This document shows positions 62,897 through 64,000 of a DNA stretch of 64,000 nt, in pieces (positions within the stretch are counted from its first letter, which is position 1; every line of letters starts with the position of its first letter). Source of the stretch: Pseudomonadota bacterium (GTDB taxonomy: Bacteria; Pseudomonadota; Gammaproteobacteria; UBA9214); assembly GCA_039714155.1 (NCBI GenBank), contig JBDLJX010000001.1:1257-65256 (forward strand). Direction: 5' to 3'. Below the pieces are notes generated by a model. It worked only from the letters and a program-made list of their open reading frames with translations, made no database searches and was not told the origin of the DNA. A program made the translations under genes and the position numbers.

Positions 62897-64000
62897 ATGC
62901 CAAATACCTTTACCATCCTGTTTATAGCGGCACTGGCCGTTTCCATACTGGTGCAGCTATGGCTGGCCATGCGACAGCAGGCACATGTTCGCTCCAATCG
63001 TGCACAGGTGCCGCCGGCTTTTGCCGAACGTATCCCGCTGGAAGATCATCACAAGGCCGCCGACTACACCGTCACCAGGGCACGCTTTGGCATGCTGGAG
63101 CTCGTCTACAGCGGCCTGCTGCTGATCGGCTGGACCCTCGGTGGTGGCCTGGAATGGCTCGACCGGGCCTGGCTTGGCATTGGCCTTGCCCCCCTCTACA
63201 CCGGTGTCGCATTCATGCTCAGCGCCATGGTGATCATGTCCCTGCTGGACCTGCCATTCAGCCTTTATCACACCTTCGTAATTGAAGAGCGCTTCGGCTT
63301 CAACCGCACCACGGTGGCAACGTATATCGGTGACCTGTTGAAACAGGCACTGCTCATGGCCGTCATCGGCACACCGATGATCCTGCTGGCGCTGTGGATC
63401 ATGCAATCATCAGGCGATCTGTGGTGGCTGTATGTCTGGATTGCCTGGATGTCTTTCTCACTGATCATGTTCTGGGCCTATCCCGCTGTCATCGCGCCGC
63501 TGTTCAACAAGTTTGCACCGCTTGAAAACGAGAACCTGAAGACACGTATCCAGGCATTGCTGGACAAATGCGGCTTCAAGAGCAAGGGTATCTTCGTCAT
63601 GGACGGCTCCAGGCGCTCGGGGCACGGCAACGCCTATTTCACCGGCTTTGGCCGTAACAAACGCATTGTATTCTTTGACACCCTGATCGACAGCCTCGAA
63701 CCCGGCGAAGTGGAAGCCGTACTCGCACATGAACTCGGTCATTTCAAACGCAAGCATATCCAGAAACGCCTGCTGACGACGGTGGCGATGAGCCTTGCCG
63801 GTCTTGCCCTGCTGGGCTGGCTGGCGACGCAAACCTGGTTCTATACCGGCCTGGGCGTCAGTCAACCATCGGACTGGATGGCATTGATGCTGTTCATGCT
63901 GGTTTTGCCGACATTCACCTTCTTCCTGCAGCCGTTGATGGCGCGCCTGTCACGCAAACACGAGTTCGAGGCCGACGCCTATGCGATCAGGCAGTCAGAC
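62897..64000 (+). CDS. M48 family (Ste24/HtpX-like) integral-membrane zinc metalloprotease, 3'-truncated by window end
   Basis: Own translation of frame +2 from ATG 62897: MPNTFTILFIAALAVSILVQLW...; multi-TM; HELGH (HExxH) zinc motif near 63730. The open frame reaches the window end, so it has no stop and is not in the ORF track. Confidence 0.8.
   Translation, partial: MPNTFTILFIAALAVSILVQLWLAMRQQAHVRSNRAQVPPAFAERIPLEDHHKAADYTVTRARFGMLELVYSGLLLIGWTLGGGLEWLDRAWLGIGLAPLYTGVAFMLSAMVIMSLLDLPFSLYHTFVIEERFGFNRTTVATYIGDLLKQALLMAVIGTPMILLALWIMQSSGDLWWLYVWIAWMSFSLIMFWAYPAVIAPLFNKFAPLENENLKTRIQALLDKCGFKSKGIFVMDGSRRSGHGNAYFTGFGRNKRIVFFDTLIDSLEPGEVEAVLAHELGHFKRKHIQKRLLTTVAMSLAGLALLGWLATQTWFYTGLGVSQPSDWMALMLFMLVLPTFTFFLQPLMARLSRKHEFEADAYAIRQSD

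Noticed and set aside
62957-63865. Minus-strand ORFs of 149 and 135 aa
   Set aside because: Antisense to the plus-strand M48 peptidase reading frame (HELGH motif, multi-TM). That frame is open to the window end and therefore missing from the ORF track.

Overview
This 64 kb window looks like a core chromosomal segment of a high-GC gammaproteobacterium, packed with housekeeping genes in E. coli/Pseudomonas-like synteny blocks. In order: (rplS start runs off the left edge)-trmD-rimM-rpsP-ffh, divergent ypjD-corC family, msrB, an FHA-FHA-PilZ protein, radA, dnaB-alr, rpsF-rpsR-DUF2232-rplI, rnr-rlmB, and tRNA-Leu(CAG). Then purA-hisZ-DUF2065-hflC-hflK-hflX-hfq-miaA-mutL-(lipoprotein)-amiB-tsaE-nnr, divergent queG, rsmI with divergent lpoA-yraN-dolP, an OmpA-like lipoprotein, and der-bamB-yfgM-hisS-rodZ-like-pilW-rlmN-ndk. 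Next come a malyl-CoA lyase plus malate/succinate-CoA ligase operon (mcl-mtkAB-like), an isc operon (iscR-iscS-iscA-hscB-hscA-fdx-iscX, with no iscU), DUF1249, glcDEF translationally coupled to a rhodanese, orn, and a 3'-truncated M48 peptidase at the right edge. I see no CRISPR array and no transposase, integrase or phage genes. I do not see a large block of unknown genes that would amount to an obvious novel multi-gene system. The most unusual content is: (i) a two-FHA plus PilZ (c-di-GMP) protein with its own strong promoter; (ii) an isc operon lacking iscU; (iii) a glycolate/glyoxylate module (glcDEF-rhodanese next to mcl-mtkAB); and (iv) several families of long palindromic intergenic repeats (REP-like and MITE-like) that occupy most of the larger intergenic spaces. 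All functional calls come from reading the translated ORFs and DNA motifs by eye. No database search was run.
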